A stretch of 64,000 nucleotides of DNA from an uncultured Bordetella sp. (GTDB lineage Bacteria; Pseudomonadota; Gammaproteobacteria; Burkholderiales; SG8-39): contig CAZMDA010000002.1 in assembly GCA_964564865.1 (NCBI GenBank), positions 33,375-97,374 on the forward strand, in the 5' to 3' direction. The notes below the pieces were generated by a model, which did no database searches, was not told the origin of the DNA, and saw only the letters and a list, made by a program, of their open reading frames with translations. Shown here piece after piece: positions 49,905 through 62,264 of this stretch. Position numbers and translations under genes: made by a program. Position 1 is the first letter of the stretch; each line of letters opens with the position of its first letter.

Positions 49905-51295
49905 GCCGGGACCGGGCGATCGCCCGCGCAGAGCGCTACTTCGACGACGGCCGGTTCCTCGAGGACCTGGCCCGGCGCGTCGCCATCCCCACCGAGAGCC
50001 AGAACCCGGACCGCGGCGCGGAGCTCGGGCGCTACCTCTCCGAGGAAATGTCCGAGTCGCTGGAGCGCCTCGGCTTCCAGTGCCGCATCTACCCCAATCC
50101 CGACGGCAAGCACGGCCCCTTCCTCATCGCCGAGCGGATCGAAGCGGCTGATCTGCCGACGGTTTTCACCTACGCCCACGGCGACGTGATCCGCGGCCAG
50201 GAAGGGTCCTGGCGCGCCGGCATCGAACCCTGGAAGACCGTGGTGGAGGGCGAGCGCATCTATGGCCGCGGCACCGCCGACAACAAGGGCCAGCACACCA
50301 TCAACATCGGCGCCATGGCCGCTGTGCTGGCCGAGCGCGGGAAACTGGGCTTCAACGTCAAGTTCCTGGTCGAGACCGGGGAGGAAATGGGCTCGCCCGG
50401 CCTGCGCGAGTTCTGCAGCCAGCATCGGGACGAGCTGAAGGCGGACGTGCTCATCGCCTCCGACGGCCCCCGGGTTTCGCCCGGCCGCCCGACCCTGTTC
50501 CTCGGTTCCCGCGGCGCGCTCAACATGGACCTCGTCGTGGACCTGCGCGAGGGCGGCCATCACTCCGGCAACTGGGGCGGGCTGCTCGCCAATCCCGGGA
50601 TCATCCTCGCCCAGGCGCTCGCGACCATCACCGGCCCGAAAGGCGAGATCCGGGTGCCCGAGTGGCGGCCCGATACCCTGACGGCCCGAGTCAAGGAAGT
50701 GCTGGCGGACATCGAGGTGGACGGCGGGGAGGATGCGCCCGCCATCGATACCGGCTGGGGCGAACCGGGCCTCACGCCTTCCGAGCGCGTGTTCGGCTGG
50801 CCCAGCTTCGAGGTGCTCGCCTTCACCTGCGGCAACCCGGACCGGCCGGTGAACGCCATCCCGCCGCGGGCGAGCTGCCATTGCCAGCTGCGCACGGTGG
50901 TGGGCATCGATTCGGCGGACGTGGTGCCGGCGCTGCAGCGGCACCTGGACAGGCACGGGTTCCCGATGGTCAAGGTGTCGCGGGCGCGGGCGGAGTTGAT
51001 GCACCCGACGCGGCTGGACCCGGACCATCCCTGGGTGAGGTGGGCCGCCGGTTCGCTGGAGAAGACGTCCGGGAAGAAGGCGGCGATCCTGCCCAATCTC
51101 GGCGGCTCGTTGCCGAATGACATTTTCGCTGACCTCCTTGGCCTGCCGACGGTGTGGGTGCCGCATTCCTACGCGTCGTGCAGCCAGCATGCGCCGAACG
51201 AGCACCTGCTCGCGCCGGTGGCGCGCGATGCGCTCCGGCTGATGGCGGGGGTGTGGTGGGACCTGGGCGAGAAGGCGGCGGTACCGCGGGGCTAG
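49901..51295 (+). CDS. M20 family metallopeptidase (dipeptidase/ArgE-DapE-like)
   Basis: 464-aa ORF with HGDV, RGTADNKG, ETGEEMGS and late VPHSYASCSQHAPNEH. Confidence 0.85.
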   Translation: MSRDRAIARAERYFDDGRFLEDLARRVAIPTESQNPDRGAELGRYLSEEMSESLERLGFQCRIYPNPDGKHGPFLIAERIEAADLPTVFTYAHGDVIRGQEGSWRAGIEPWKTVVEGERIYGRGTADNKGQHTINIGAMAAVLAERGKLGFNVKFLVETGEEMGSPGLREFCSQHRDELKADVLIASDGPRVSPGRPTLFLGSRGALNMDLVVDLREGGHHSGNWGGLLANPGIILAQALATITGPKGEIRVPEWRPDTLTARVKEVLADIEVDGGEDAPAIDTGWGEPGLTPSERVFGWPSFEVLAFTCGNPDRPVNAIPPRASCHCQLRTVVGIDSADVVPALQRHLDRHGFPMVKVSRARAELMHPTRLDPDHPWVRWAAGSLEKTSGKKAAILPNLGGSLPNDIFADLLGLPTVWVPHSYASCSQHAPNEHLLAPVARDALRLMAGVWWDLGEKAAVPRG

Positions 51296-51320
51296 GGCAA
51301 ATGTGCACGGTCGTGCACAT
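51277..51320. repeat. 44-nt repeat ending in palindrome ATGTGCACGGTCGTGCACAT (variant family, copy 4)
   Basis: 41 of 44 bases match 53122-53165. The 5' part of the repeat encodes the last codons and the TAG of the M20 peptidase gene. Confidence 0.9.
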
Positions 51321-51412
51321 CGGGTGGCGGTCGTCCATGCAGGTTCGCGCGAGGCGGCGGGCGAGGCGTCGGCCAGCGGTTAGACTGACGTGACCAACCG
51401 AGGAGATTCCCG

Positions 51413-52384
51413 ATGATGAAGCTAGTCAAGCTGCTGGCGATGGCAGCGTCGCTCGGCATTGCCGCCTCGCCGGCATATGCGCAGACCTATCCTGCGAACG
51501 TGGTGAAGATCATCGTGCCCCAGGCGCCAGGGGGTGCCACGGACGTGTTCGCGCGCTACCTGGGCCAGAAGCTGGGCGATCGCTGGGGGCAATCGGTCGT
51601 CATCGAGAACCGCGCGGGCGCGGCCGGCATCGTCGGCACGGATGCGGTGGCCAAGGCGGCGCCGGACGGCTACACGCTGCTGTTCACCTATGAGGGCTCC
51701 CAGGCGATCAACCAGAGCCTGTACAGCCGGGTGCCGTACGACGGCGTCAAGGATTTCGCCACCATCGCCACCGCCGCGACCACGCCGTTCTTCCTCGTCG
51801 TCGGCGGCCAGTCGCCGATCAAGGACTTCCCCGACCTGATCGCGCGGGCGAAGGCGAAGCCGGGCGGCGTCACCTACGCCACCTCCGGCAGCGGGTCCAT
51901 CAACCACCTGCTCTCGGAGTCGCTTAAGGCCGAGGCCGGCATCGACATGCTGCACGTGCCCTACAAGGGGATCGCCGGCGCCCTGGCCGACGTCATGGGC
52001 GGCACGGTGGACAACGCCTTCGCCTCCGTGCCCTCGGCGATCGGGATGATCCGGGGCGGAAAGCTGCGGGCGATCGCGGTCTCGAGCGCGAAGCGCGTCG
52101 CCGCGATGCCGGATGTCCCGAGCATCGCGGAGCGCGGCTACCCGAAGTTCAACATCAATCCGTGGTGGGGCCTGCTCGGGCCCGCCGGCATGCCGAAGGC
52201 GATCGTGGACAAGATCAATGCCGACGTGGCGCAGATCCTGCGCACCCCGGATGCGGAGGCGTTCTTCGCCAAGACCGGCGCGGAAGTGCTGCTCTCCAGC
52301 CCGGAGGCCTTCCAGAAGATGCTCGAGGCGGACGTCGCGCGCTGGGCGAGGGTGGTCAAGGCATCGGGGGCCAAGGTCGACTGA
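51413..52384 (+). CDS. Bug family tripartite tricarboxylate transporter substrate-binding protein
   Basis: 323-aa ORF. Signal peptide, then VKIIVPQAPGGATD, VENRAGAAG and HVPYKG. Confidence 0.88.
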   Translation: MMKLVKLLAMAASLGIAASPAYAQTYPANVVKIIVPQAPGGATDVFARYLGQKLGDRWGQSVVIENRAGAAGIVGTDAVAKAAPDGYTLLFTYEGSQAINQSLYSRVPYDGVKDFATIATAATTPFFLVVGGQSPIKDFPDLIARAKAKPGGVTYATSGSGSINHLLSESLKAEAGIDMLHVPYKGIAGALADVMGGTVDNAFASVPSAIGMIRGGKLRAIAVSSAKRVAAMPDVPSIAERGYPKFNINPWWGLLGPAGMPKAIVDKINADVAQILRTPDAEAFFAKTGAEVLLSSPEAFQKMLEADVARWARVVKASGAKVD

Positions 52385-53100
52385 TGCCCAGGTCCACGGT
52401 CTACCTGCACGTCGATCGAGTAGATGCCGGGGTGGTGGCCGCCGCGCGCGCGGCCAGCGTGTCCGACCTGCATGAGGCGATGGGCGGCGCCGCGGGCAAG
52501 CAGGCCACCATGGCACCCGGCATGCGCCCGCTGCTGCCTGGCATGCGCATCGCCGGCCCCGCGGTCACGGCGTGGTGCTCCGCGGGCGACAACCTCATGA
52601 TGCACCGGGCCCTGTCGCTCGCGCGGCCGGGGGACGTGCTGGTCGTGCAGGCGACCGATGGCGGCGCCCAGTGGGGCGACATCGCGGCCTACTACGCCAG
52701 GAAGCTCGGCCTTGCGGGGATCGTGGTGGACGGGTTCATCCGCGACATCGACGAGCTCGTGGCCATGCAGTCGCCCGTGTGGTCGACGCGGATCGGGCCG
52801 AGCAGCCCGCAGAAGACCGGCCATGGGACGGTCAACGCGCCGATCGTTTGCGCCGGCGTGCGCGTCGAGCCCGGCGACCTCGTGGTGGCCGACGGCGACG
52901 GCGTCATCGTGGTGCCGAAGGCGGTCGCGGCGTCCATCGTGGAAACGGCGCGGCAGCGGATGGCGCGCGAGCAGGGGCAACGCGCGCAGATCGACGCCGG
53001 CGGGCTGCCCTGGGTGCTGCACGGCGGGGCGGACAACTACACCCGGATCGACGTCGAGGAGATCGACGCGCCGTGGTCGCCCGCCGGCCGGCAGCCCTGA
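52384..53100 (+). CDS. RraA family protein (4-hydroxy-4-methyl-2-oxoglutarate aldolase/RNase E regulator-like)
   Basis: 238 aa from ATG 52384, sharing one base with the upstream stop. Contains DNLMMHRAL..ARPGDVLVV, GIVVDGFIRD and GDLVVADGDGVIVVP. Confidence 0.8.
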   Translation: MPRSTVYLHVDRVDAGVVAAARAASVSDLHEAMGGAAGKQATMAPGMRPLLPGMRIAGPAVTAWCSAGDNLMMHRALSLARPGDVLVVQATDGGAQWGDIAAYYARKLGLAGIVVDGFIRDIDELVAMQSPVWSTRIGPSSPQKTGHGTVNAPIVCAGVRVEPGDLVVADGDGVIVVPKAVAASIVETARQRMAREQGQRAQIDAGGLPWVLHGGADNYTRIDVEEIDAPWSPAGRQP

Positions 53101-53121
53101 TCGAACGGCGACCGTGCCCCG

Positions 53122-53165
53122 GGCGGTACTGCGGGGCTGGGGCAAATGTGCACGATCGTGCACAT
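53122..53165. repeat. 44-nt repeat ending in perfect palindrome ATGTGCACGATCGTGCACAT (variant family, copy 5)
   Basis: Read directly from the sequence. It starts 22 nt after the RraA-like gene stop. The palindrome is followed by TTTT. Confidence 0.9.
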
Positions 53166-53252
53166 TTTGCGGCTGCGCAGGGATGTCGGAACCTTCAGAA
53201 CCAAGCCCTGCGGCAGGCGGTCTGAACACCTTTCCCACGAGATAATGCGTCC

Positions 53253-54368
53253 ATGAACCCTCGTTCGCTTCTTCCAGGGCTGCTCGCACTCGCCACCGCG
53301 ACCGCCCACGCCCAGACCTACCGGTCGGAGGAACACAGCTTCACCGTCACCCGGGTCGTCTCCGGCCTGAGCCACCCCTGGGCGCTCGCCTTCCTGCCTG
53401 ACGGCCGGATGCTGATCACGGAGCGCGAAGGCCGCCTGCGGATCGCCAGGGACGGCAAGCTGGAGCCGCAGCCGGTCGCCGGCCTGCCGCAGGTGACCCC
53501 GCACGGCCAGGGCGGGCTGATGGACGTGGTGCTGCATCCCAACTACGCGCAGAACCAGCTCGTCTACTGGAGCTACTCGGCACGCGGCAACGACGGGGTC
53601 GGCACCGAGGTCGCGCGCGGCAAGCTGGTGGGGAACAAGGTCGAGGGCGCGGAGGTGATCTTCCGCCAGAGCCCGAAGGGCGGCGCCGGACGGCACTTCG
53701 GTTCGCGGTTGGTGTTCGACCGCGCCGGGTTCCTCTACATCGCGCTGGGCGACCGCGGCGAGCAGGACCGCGCGCAGAAGCCGGACGACCATGCCGGCTC
53801 GGTGATCCGGCTGCACGACGACGGCAAGGTGCCGAAGGACAACCCGTTCGTCGGCAAGGCGGGCTGGAAGCCGGAGAAGTACACGCTGGGCAACCGCAAC
53901 CAGCAGGGTGCGGCGCTGCACCCGGGGACCGGCGTGCTGTGGACGCACGAGCACGGCCCGCAGGGCGGCGACGAGGTGAACGTGATCCGTGCCGGGACCA
54001 ACTACGGCTGGCCGGTGATCACCTACGGCGTCAACTACGGCATCGGGACGAAGATCGGCGAGGGCACGGCGAAGGCCGGCATGGCGCAGCCGGTGCACAA
54101 GTGGGTGCCCTCCATCGCGCCCTCGGGGATGGCGTTCTATGCCGGGGACAAGTTCCCGCGCTGGAAGGGCGACCTGTTCGTGGGCTCGCTCAAGGACCAG
54201 ATGCTGGTGCGCCTGAAGCTGGAGGGCGAGAAGGTGGTGAAGGAGGAACGGATGCTGCGCGGCGTGATGGGGCGGATCCGGGACGTCAGGACGGGACCCG
54301 ACGGGTTCCTGTACGTGGTGACCGACGAGCCGATCGGCATCGTCGCGAGAATCGAACCCGCAAACTAG
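53253..54368 (+). CDS. yliI: PQQ-dependent soluble sugar (aldose) dehydrogenase
   Basis: 371-aa ORF. Signal peptide, then HPWALAFLPDGRMLITER, GQGGLMDV, GSRLVFD, HEHGPQGGDE and NYGWPV. Confidence 0.85.
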   Translation: MNPRSLLPGLLALATATAHAQTYRSEEHSFTVTRVVSGLSHPWALAFLPDGRMLITEREGRLRIARDGKLEPQPVAGLPQVTPHGQGGLMDVVLHPNYAQNQLVYWSYSARGNDGVGTEVARGKLVGNKVEGAEVIFRQSPKGGAGRHFGSRLVFDRAGFLYIALGDRGEQDRAQKPDDHAGSVIRLHDDGKVPKDNPFVGKAGWKPEKYTLGNRNQQGAALHPGTGVLWTHEHGPQGGDEVNVIRAGTNYGWPVITYGVNYGIGTKIGEGTAKAGMAQPVHKWVPSIAPSGMAFYAGDKFPRWKGDLFVGSLKDQMLVRLKLEGEKVVKEERMLRGVMGRIRDVRTGPDGFLYVVTDEPIGIVARIEPAN

Positions 54369-54394
54369 TCGGATAACGACAACCAGAAAGAGCC

Positions 54395-56036
<1,642 letters not shown>

Positions 56037-56056
<20 letters not shown>

Positions 56057-57140
56057 GGAGAGGGAAGGCGCTGAAGACGCCGGGCTCGCCGACCGGCGCC
56101 GCCGCGGCAAGGTGCTGCGGGCCTAGCTCGTCGAGCGAGTTCACGCCCAGCAGCGCGAGGCAGACGCGGATTTCCTCTTCCAGCAGCTCCAGCGCGCGCA
56201 CCAGGCCCGGCTCGCCCGCGGCCGCCAGTCCGAGGCAGGGCAGGCGCCCGAGACCCACGGTCTTCGCCCCCAGCGCGATCGCCTTCACCACGTCCGAGCC
56301 GCGCATGAAGCCGCCGTCCACCCAGACCTCGGCTTTCCCGTCCACGGCCGCGACCACCTGCGGCAGCACCGTGGTGCTGCCCAGGCCGTGGTCCAGCTGC
56401 CGGCCGCCATGGTTGGAGACGTAGACCACCTCCACGCCGTGCTCCACCGCGAGCGCCGCGTCCTCGGCGGTGGCGATGCCCTTGAGGATCAGGGGGAACT
56501 CCGGGTGGCGGTCCTTGAAGCGCCGGACGTGGTCCCAGCTGAGCGCAGCCTGGAACGCGGCACCCTGCGCGGCATTCGCGCGCCAGGGCTTGACGAAGCG
56601 GCCCAGCAGGTCGCGCTCGCGGCGGCTGTAGTGGGCGGAGTCCACCGTGTAGCAGAACGCGACGTAGCCGTGGTCGCGGGCGCGCCGGATGTGGTCCTCC
56701 ACCCAGGCCTCGTCGCCGCGGACATAGAGCTGGAACACGCGCGTGGCGTCGGAGGCCGCGGCGGTGGCTTCCAGGCCGGGCTGGCAGACCGACGAGAGCA
56801 CCTGCGGCACGCCGAAGCGCGCCGCGCCGCGCGCCGCGGTGGCGGCGCCGCCCTCGACCAGCGATTCCAGCCCGCCGATGGGTGCCAGCATCACCGGGAG
56901 GCGCATGCGCTTGCCGACGCGGGGCGCGAGGAACGGGGCGCTCGCATCCAGCTGGCGCATGTCGCGCAGCACGCGCGGGCGGAAGGCGATCGAATCCAGC
57001 GCCTGGCGGTTGCGCTTCAGCGTGGTCTCGGTCTCGGTGCCGCCGACGAGGTAGGCCCAGGGCCCTGGCGCGAGCCGGCGCCGCGCCGCAGCGACGATCT
57101 CCTGCAGGGTGAGAAACTCCTCGGTGGCGGGCGCGTTCAT
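56037..57140 (-). CDS. FMN-dependent alpha-hydroxy acid dehydrogenase/oxidase (lactate/mandelate/glycolate family)
   Basis: 367-aa ORF with blocks ..FRPRVL.., FQLY, LKGI, VSNHGGRQLD and VWVDGGFMRGSDVVKAIALGA. Its 3' end overlaps ettA by 20 nt (convergent). Confidence 0.85.
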
Positions 57141-57214
57141 CGAGGCAGGAATCTAGCATCGAAGGGTAGACTTGCGGCTGCGCAGGACCACCCCGTTTCG
57201 AACAGGAGCCGGAC

Positions 57215-58072
57215 TTGAAGCTGCTGACCTACCGCCTGAAAAAGGGCGGCGCGCCGCGCGTCGGCGTATTGCTCGAGGGCGACCGCATCGCCCCGCTGGC
57301 GGCGCCGGACATGCTGGCCGTGATCGCGGCGGGGCGCAAGGCGATCAGGGTGCCGAAGACAGGCACCCGGGGCCTGGTGCCGCTGTCGGCGGTGAAGCTG
57401 CTGGCGCCGATCCCGCGCCCGCGCAAGAACGTGTTCTGCGTCGGCTGGAACTACCTGGAGCACTTCCAGGAAGGGGCGAAGTCGCGCGCGCCGGGCGTGG
57501 AGCTGCCCGCGCACCCGACCTTCTTCACCAAGGCGCCGACCACAGTGAACGGGCCCTACGACCGGGTGCCCCTGCACGCGGGCGTGACGCAGAAGGTGGA
57601 CTGGGAGGTGGAGCTGGGCGTGATCATCGGCAAGGGCGGCACCAACATCTCCGAAGCCAGCGCCATGAAGCACATCTTCGGCTACTGCGTCATCAACGAC
57701 GTCTCGGCGCGCGAGATCCAGCGCCAGCACGGCAACCAGTGGTTCAAGGGCAAGAGCCTGGACGGGCACTGCCCGATGGGGCCCTGGATCGTCACCGCCG
57801 ACGAGCTGAAGGACCCGTTCAACCTGGAGGTGCAGACGCGCGTCAACGGCGTCGTCAAGCAGAGCTCCAACACGCGGCACATGTACTTCAAGCTCCCGCG
57901 CATCATCGCCTCGCTCTCGGCCGGGCTGACCCTCGAGCCCGGCGACATCATCTCCACCGGCACGCCCGAGGGCGTCGGCCACGCCCGCACCCCGCCGGAG
58001 TTCCTGAAGAAAGGCGACCTGCTCGAGACCGAGATCAAGGGCCTCGGCCTGCTCCGGAACCGGATCGGCTAG
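57215..58072 (+). CDS. fumarylacetoacetate hydrolase family protein
   Basis: 285-aa ORF. TTG start 7 nt after AGGAG. Blocks: CVGWNY, DWEVELGVIIGK, INDVSAR, KGKSLDG and GDIISTGTPEGVG. Confidence 0.85.
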   Translation: MKLLTYRLKKGGAPRVGVLLEGDRIAPLAAPDMLAVIAAGRKAIRVPKTGTRGLVPLSAVKLLAPIPRPRKNVFCVGWNYLEHFQEGAKSRAPGVELPAHPTFFTKAPTTVNGPYDRVPLHAGVTQKVDWEVELGVIIGKGGTNISEASAMKHIFGYCVINDVSAREIQRQHGNQWFKGKSLDGHCPMGPWIVTADELKDPFNLEVQTRVNGVVKQSSNTRHMYFKLPRIIASLSAGLTLEPGDIISTGTPEGVGHARTPPEFLKKGDLLETEIKGLGLLRNRIG

Positions 58073-59385
58073 CGCTTCCCCTTCTTCAGGGCGGCGAAGG
58101 CTTCGTCGACGGCGCCGAGGGTGCGGTCCACCTCGGCGTCGCTGTGAACGATGGAGATGTAGATCTTCTCGTTCGGGTTGACCAGGATGCCGCGGCGGAT
58201 CATCTCGCAGGCCCAGCGGTAGCCGAGGTCCTTGTCCGCGGTGGTGAGGTCCATCCAGTTGCGCAGGGGCTTGCGCGCCGTGAAGCGCACGCCAAACACC
58301 GCGTCCTCGCCCGGGCACTGCACGGCGAAGCCGTGCTTCGCGCCCGCCTCCTCGATGCCCTTCCTCAGGCGCGAGCCGATGGCGTGCAGGCGGTCGTAGA
58401 CCCCGGGTTTCGCCAGCACCTCCAGCGCCGCGACGCCCGCCGCGGCGCAGACTGGGTTGCCGTTCAGGGTGTTGGTGGCCCACACCACCTCGGCGCGATT
58501 GCGCTTGCGCGCATCCAGCACCTGCATCACATCCGCGCCGCCGGCGATCGCCGCCAGCGCAAAGCCGCCGCTCACCGCCTTGCCGTAGCAGGCCATGTCC
58601 GGCACCACGCCGTACTTCTCCTGCGCCCCGCCCCAGGCGATGCGGAAGCCGGTCACGATCTCGTCGAAGATGAGCACGATGCCGTGCTTCTTTGTCACCT
58701 CGCGCACCGCCTGCAGGAACCCGGGCTCGGGCAGAAGGACGCGCTGCAGCGGCTCGACGATCACCGCCGCCAGTTCCTTGGCGTGGCGCTCGATCATCTC
58801 GACGGCCTTCGCCGCATCATTGAACGGGCTCACCAGCACCAGCTCGCCCGCCATCGCCGGCACGCCCACGGAGTCGGGCCTGGAGCGCGGGTAGTCGGAG
58901 GGCGTCGAGGGCACCGTGCCCCACAGGCCGTAGTCGTGCATGCCGTGCCAGGCGCCCTCGAACTTCATCACCTTGTCGCGCCCGGTGCGCGCGCGCGCGA
59001 TGCGCAGCGCGTAGAACGTGGCCTCGGTGCCCGAGCCGGTGTAGAGCACCTCGTCGGCGCAGGGCACCGCGTCCACGATCTTCCGCGCCAGCCGGATTTC
59101 CGGTTCGTTGAGGAAGAAGTAGGTGGTGCCCTTGGGCAGCTGCGCCTGCACCGCCGCGATCACCTCCGGGTGCGCGTGGCCGAGCAGCGCCGGGCCGGAG
59201 GAGAGGTGATAGTCGATGTACTCCCGCCCGGCGACGTCCCAGACGCGGCTGCCTTCGCCGCGCGCGACCACCAGGTTCAGGTCCGCGGGGAGCTGGAACA
59301 GGCCCAGGCCGCCGCCGGCGAGGTAGCGGCCGGCGTCGGCAAGAAGGGCGGTCTGCGCGGCGAGCGCGGCATTGTCGGTGTTCAA
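58069..59385 (-). CDS. class III pyridoxal-phosphate aminotransferase (glutamate-1-semialdehyde aminomutase-like)
   Basis: 438 aa from TTG 59385, which lies 5 nt after AGGAGG. Contains SGTEA, DEIVTGFR and the PLP lysine context YGKAVSGGF. Confidence 0.82.
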   Translation of the reverse strand: MNTDNAALAAQTALLADAGRYLAGGGLGLFQLPADLNLVVARGEGSRVWDVAGREYIDYHLSSGPALLGHAHPEVIAAVQAQLPKGTTYFFLNEPEIRLARKIVDAVPCADEVLYTGSGTEATFYALRIARARTGRDKVMKFEGAWHGMHDYGLWGTVPSTPSDYPRSRPDSVGVPAMAGELVLVSPFNDAAKAVEMIERHAKELAAVIVEPLQRVLLPEPGFLQAVREVTKKHGIVLIFDEIVTGFRIAWGGAQEKYGVVPDMACYGKAVSGGFALAAIAGGADVMQVLDARKRNRAEVVWATNTLNGNPVCAAAGVAALEVLAKPGVYDRLHAIGSRLRKGIEEAGAKHGFAVQCPGEDAVFGVRFTARKPLRNWMDLTTADKDLGYRWACEMIRRGILVNPNEKIYISIVHSDAEVDRTLGAVDEAFAALKKGKR

Positions 59386-59404
59386 GCGGCCTCCTGGTCG
59401 TGGT

Positions 59405-60129
<725 letters not shown>

Positions 60130-60133
<4 letters not shown>

Positions 60134-60876
60134 CCACGCCCTTCAAATGGCATCTTCGTGGCCTTGATGGTCATGAACAGCACGTTGGTCTCGATGGGGA
60201 AACCGGCCATGTGCGCCACCGCCTGCCCGACGTGGGCCACGTCCATCAGCGGCTCGACCTTGATCTCGCCGTCGGCCTGGGGTACGCCCTTGGCCATGCG
60301 CTCGGCCATCTCGGTGCGCGCGTTGCCGATGTCGATCTGGCCCACCGCGATGTCGTACTTGCGGCCGTCCAGGGCGCCGCTCTTCGTCAACCCCGTCACC
60401 GCGTGCTTGGTGGCGGTGTAGGGCGCCGAGCCCGGGCGCGGCGCGTGCGCCGAAATCGAGCCGTTGTTGATGATGCGGCCGCCGCGTGGCGACTGGTCCT
60501 TCATCACCCGGAACGCCTCCTGCATGCACAGGAACATGCCGGTGAGGTTGATGTCCACGACGTACTGCCACTTCTCCAGCGTCAGTTCCTCGAAGGAGCT
60601 GCCCGGCGCATTGACGCCGGCGTTGTTGAACAGGCAGTCGACGCGGCCCCATTTCTGCTTCACTGCCGCGAAGAGCGCCTTCACCGACTCCTGCTTCGAG
60701 ACGTCGGTCGGCACGCATAGCGCGCGCTCGCCGGCGCCGGATTCCCGCGCCGCCTGCTCCAGCACGTCCTTGCGCCGCCCGGCGAGGGCGACGTTCCAGC
60801 CATCCTTCAGCAGCGCCAGCGCCGCGGCCTTGCCGACGCCGCTGCCGGCGCCGGTGACGATTGCGATCCTTGCCAT
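60130..60876 (-). CDS. SDR family oxidoreductase
   Basis: 248 aa from ATG 60876. [10 protein letters not shown] glycine motif, NNAG, and the catalytic YTATK. Confidence 0.85.
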
Positions 60877-60937
60877 GTGCGGTTCCCTCGCGTGGACAGG
60901 CGCGAATGGTAACGCAGGCCCGACGGCCGGAAGCGGT

Positions 60938-62146
60938 TCAGGAGCGCTCGCCCCGCCGCTGCGGGCGGTCGTTTCGCGCCTCGCTGCGGGGCTGGCCCCG
61001 CGGCGCCGGGGCGTGCTCGCGCCGAGGCTCCGCATGGGGCCTTGCCCGGGGCGCGTCTGGACGCAGGACTTCCTGGCGCCGGACCTCCGGCCTGGGCGCC
61101 TGGATCGGCTGCACCTGAACCTGCGGCACCTGCACCCGCGCCGGCTCGCGCCGGTGCTCGAGCAGGTGCTCAGGCCGGTGTTCAGACCGACGTTCTGGCC
61201 GATGCTCTGGCCAGCCGTGCGCCTCGCGGCGCGGCCGAGGCGATTCGATGGCGCGCGCGGGCGGCGGCGCCGCGGGGCGCATTTCCACGACCCGGCGTTC
61301 CGCCACCGGCCGCTCGACCACGCGGTGCTCGATCACCCGCCGCTCCGGGAAGCGATCGCGGCGGGGCTCGTGGCGCCAGTGGCCCGGCGCGAGGTGCAGG
61401 TGCCGGTGCGCATGGACGTAGTGGTTGTGCACGTGCACCACGCGCACCTGCCGGTGATGCCAGTCCACGCCGCCGAAGAAGAAGCCGAACGACAGCCGCG
61501 CCGGCGCGCCCCACCAGAACGCCACCGAGACGCCCGGGTGATGCACCCGCACGTAGCCCGGCCATGGCGCCCAGTAGACCGGCCGGTAGGCCGGCCACCA
61601 CCACGGCCCGTACACCACCAGCGGATCGTAGTAGGGCACGTAGACCAGGTGCGGCTGGACCGGGGCGATGGCGATCGCCTGGCCCTGCGGCTGCACCAGG
61701 ATGCGCTCGTCCGAGCGCAGGTGGCCGGCGGCATGGGCGCGGCGGCGCAACTGCTGCACCGTGTCCATGACCTGCGGTTCCCGGGCGAGGAAGGCTTCGC
61801 CCAGCGCGCGCGTCCAGTCCAGCTTCTCGTCCATGCGCTGCAGCAGGTGCGGGAAGGCGAGCAGGGATTTCACGCTCGGATCCCAGTCCTGGCCGTCCGC
61901 GGCGCGCACGGCCTCGTCGCCGGCGAGGTGCGGGTTGGCACGCGACCAGCGGGCCGCCTCGACCACGTCGGCCGGGTAGGTCGCCGCCATCAGCACCTGC
62001 GACAGCAGGGAATCGGGATACAGCGCGACCGGCGCCAGCAGGCGATCCAGCTCGGGCTGCGAGAAGCGATCCTGCGCCGGCGCGGGGGCCGGGGCGAGGA
62101 GCAGCGCCGAGAGCAGGGCGGCAACGAACGTCCGGAGCATCGTCAT
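60938..62146 (-). CDS. DUF3300 domain-containing secreted protein with a His/Arg/Pro-rich repetitive tail
   Basis: 402-aa ORF. Signal peptide, then the DUF3300 hallmark [26 protein letters not shown]. The C-terminal third is low-complexity ([19 protein letters not shown].., [22 protein letters not shown]). Confidence 0.75.
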   Translation of the reverse strand: MTMLRTFVAALLSALLLAPAPAPAQDRFSQPELDRLLAPVALYPDSLLSQVLMAATYPADVVEAARWSRANPHLAGDEAVRAADGQDWDPSVKSLLAFPHLLQRMDEKLDWTRALGEAFLAREPQVMDTVQQLRRRAHAAGHLRSDERILVQPQGQAIAIAPVQPHLVYVPYYDPLVVYGPWWWPAYRPVYWAPWPGYVRVHHPGVSVAFWWGAPARLSFGFFFGGVDWHHRQVRVVHVHNHYVHAHRHLHLAPGHWRHEPRRDRFPERRVIEHRVVERPVAERRVVEMRPAAPPPARAIESPRPRREAHGWPEHRPERRSEHRPEHLLEHRREPARVQVPQVQVQPIQAPRPEVRRQEVLRPDAPRARPHAEPRREHAPAPRGQPRSEARNDRPQRRGERS

Positions 62147-62264
62147 GAGCGCCTCCTTAGGGCTGACGACGATTGGACCTCCTTCAGTTCATGCGCACCC
62201 GCTCAAATTGCAACCACTTGTTACGGCCGTCGCCCGGGGGCGACGCCGTTCCCTCGCCGCGCGG

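Noticed and set aside
60990-61330. Repetitive DNA in the DUF3300 tail as a possible CRISPR or tandem-repeat array
   Set aside because: The repeats are short, imperfect and in frame within a continuous ORF encoding His/Arg/Pro repeats. There is no regular repeat-spacer structure and no cas genes.
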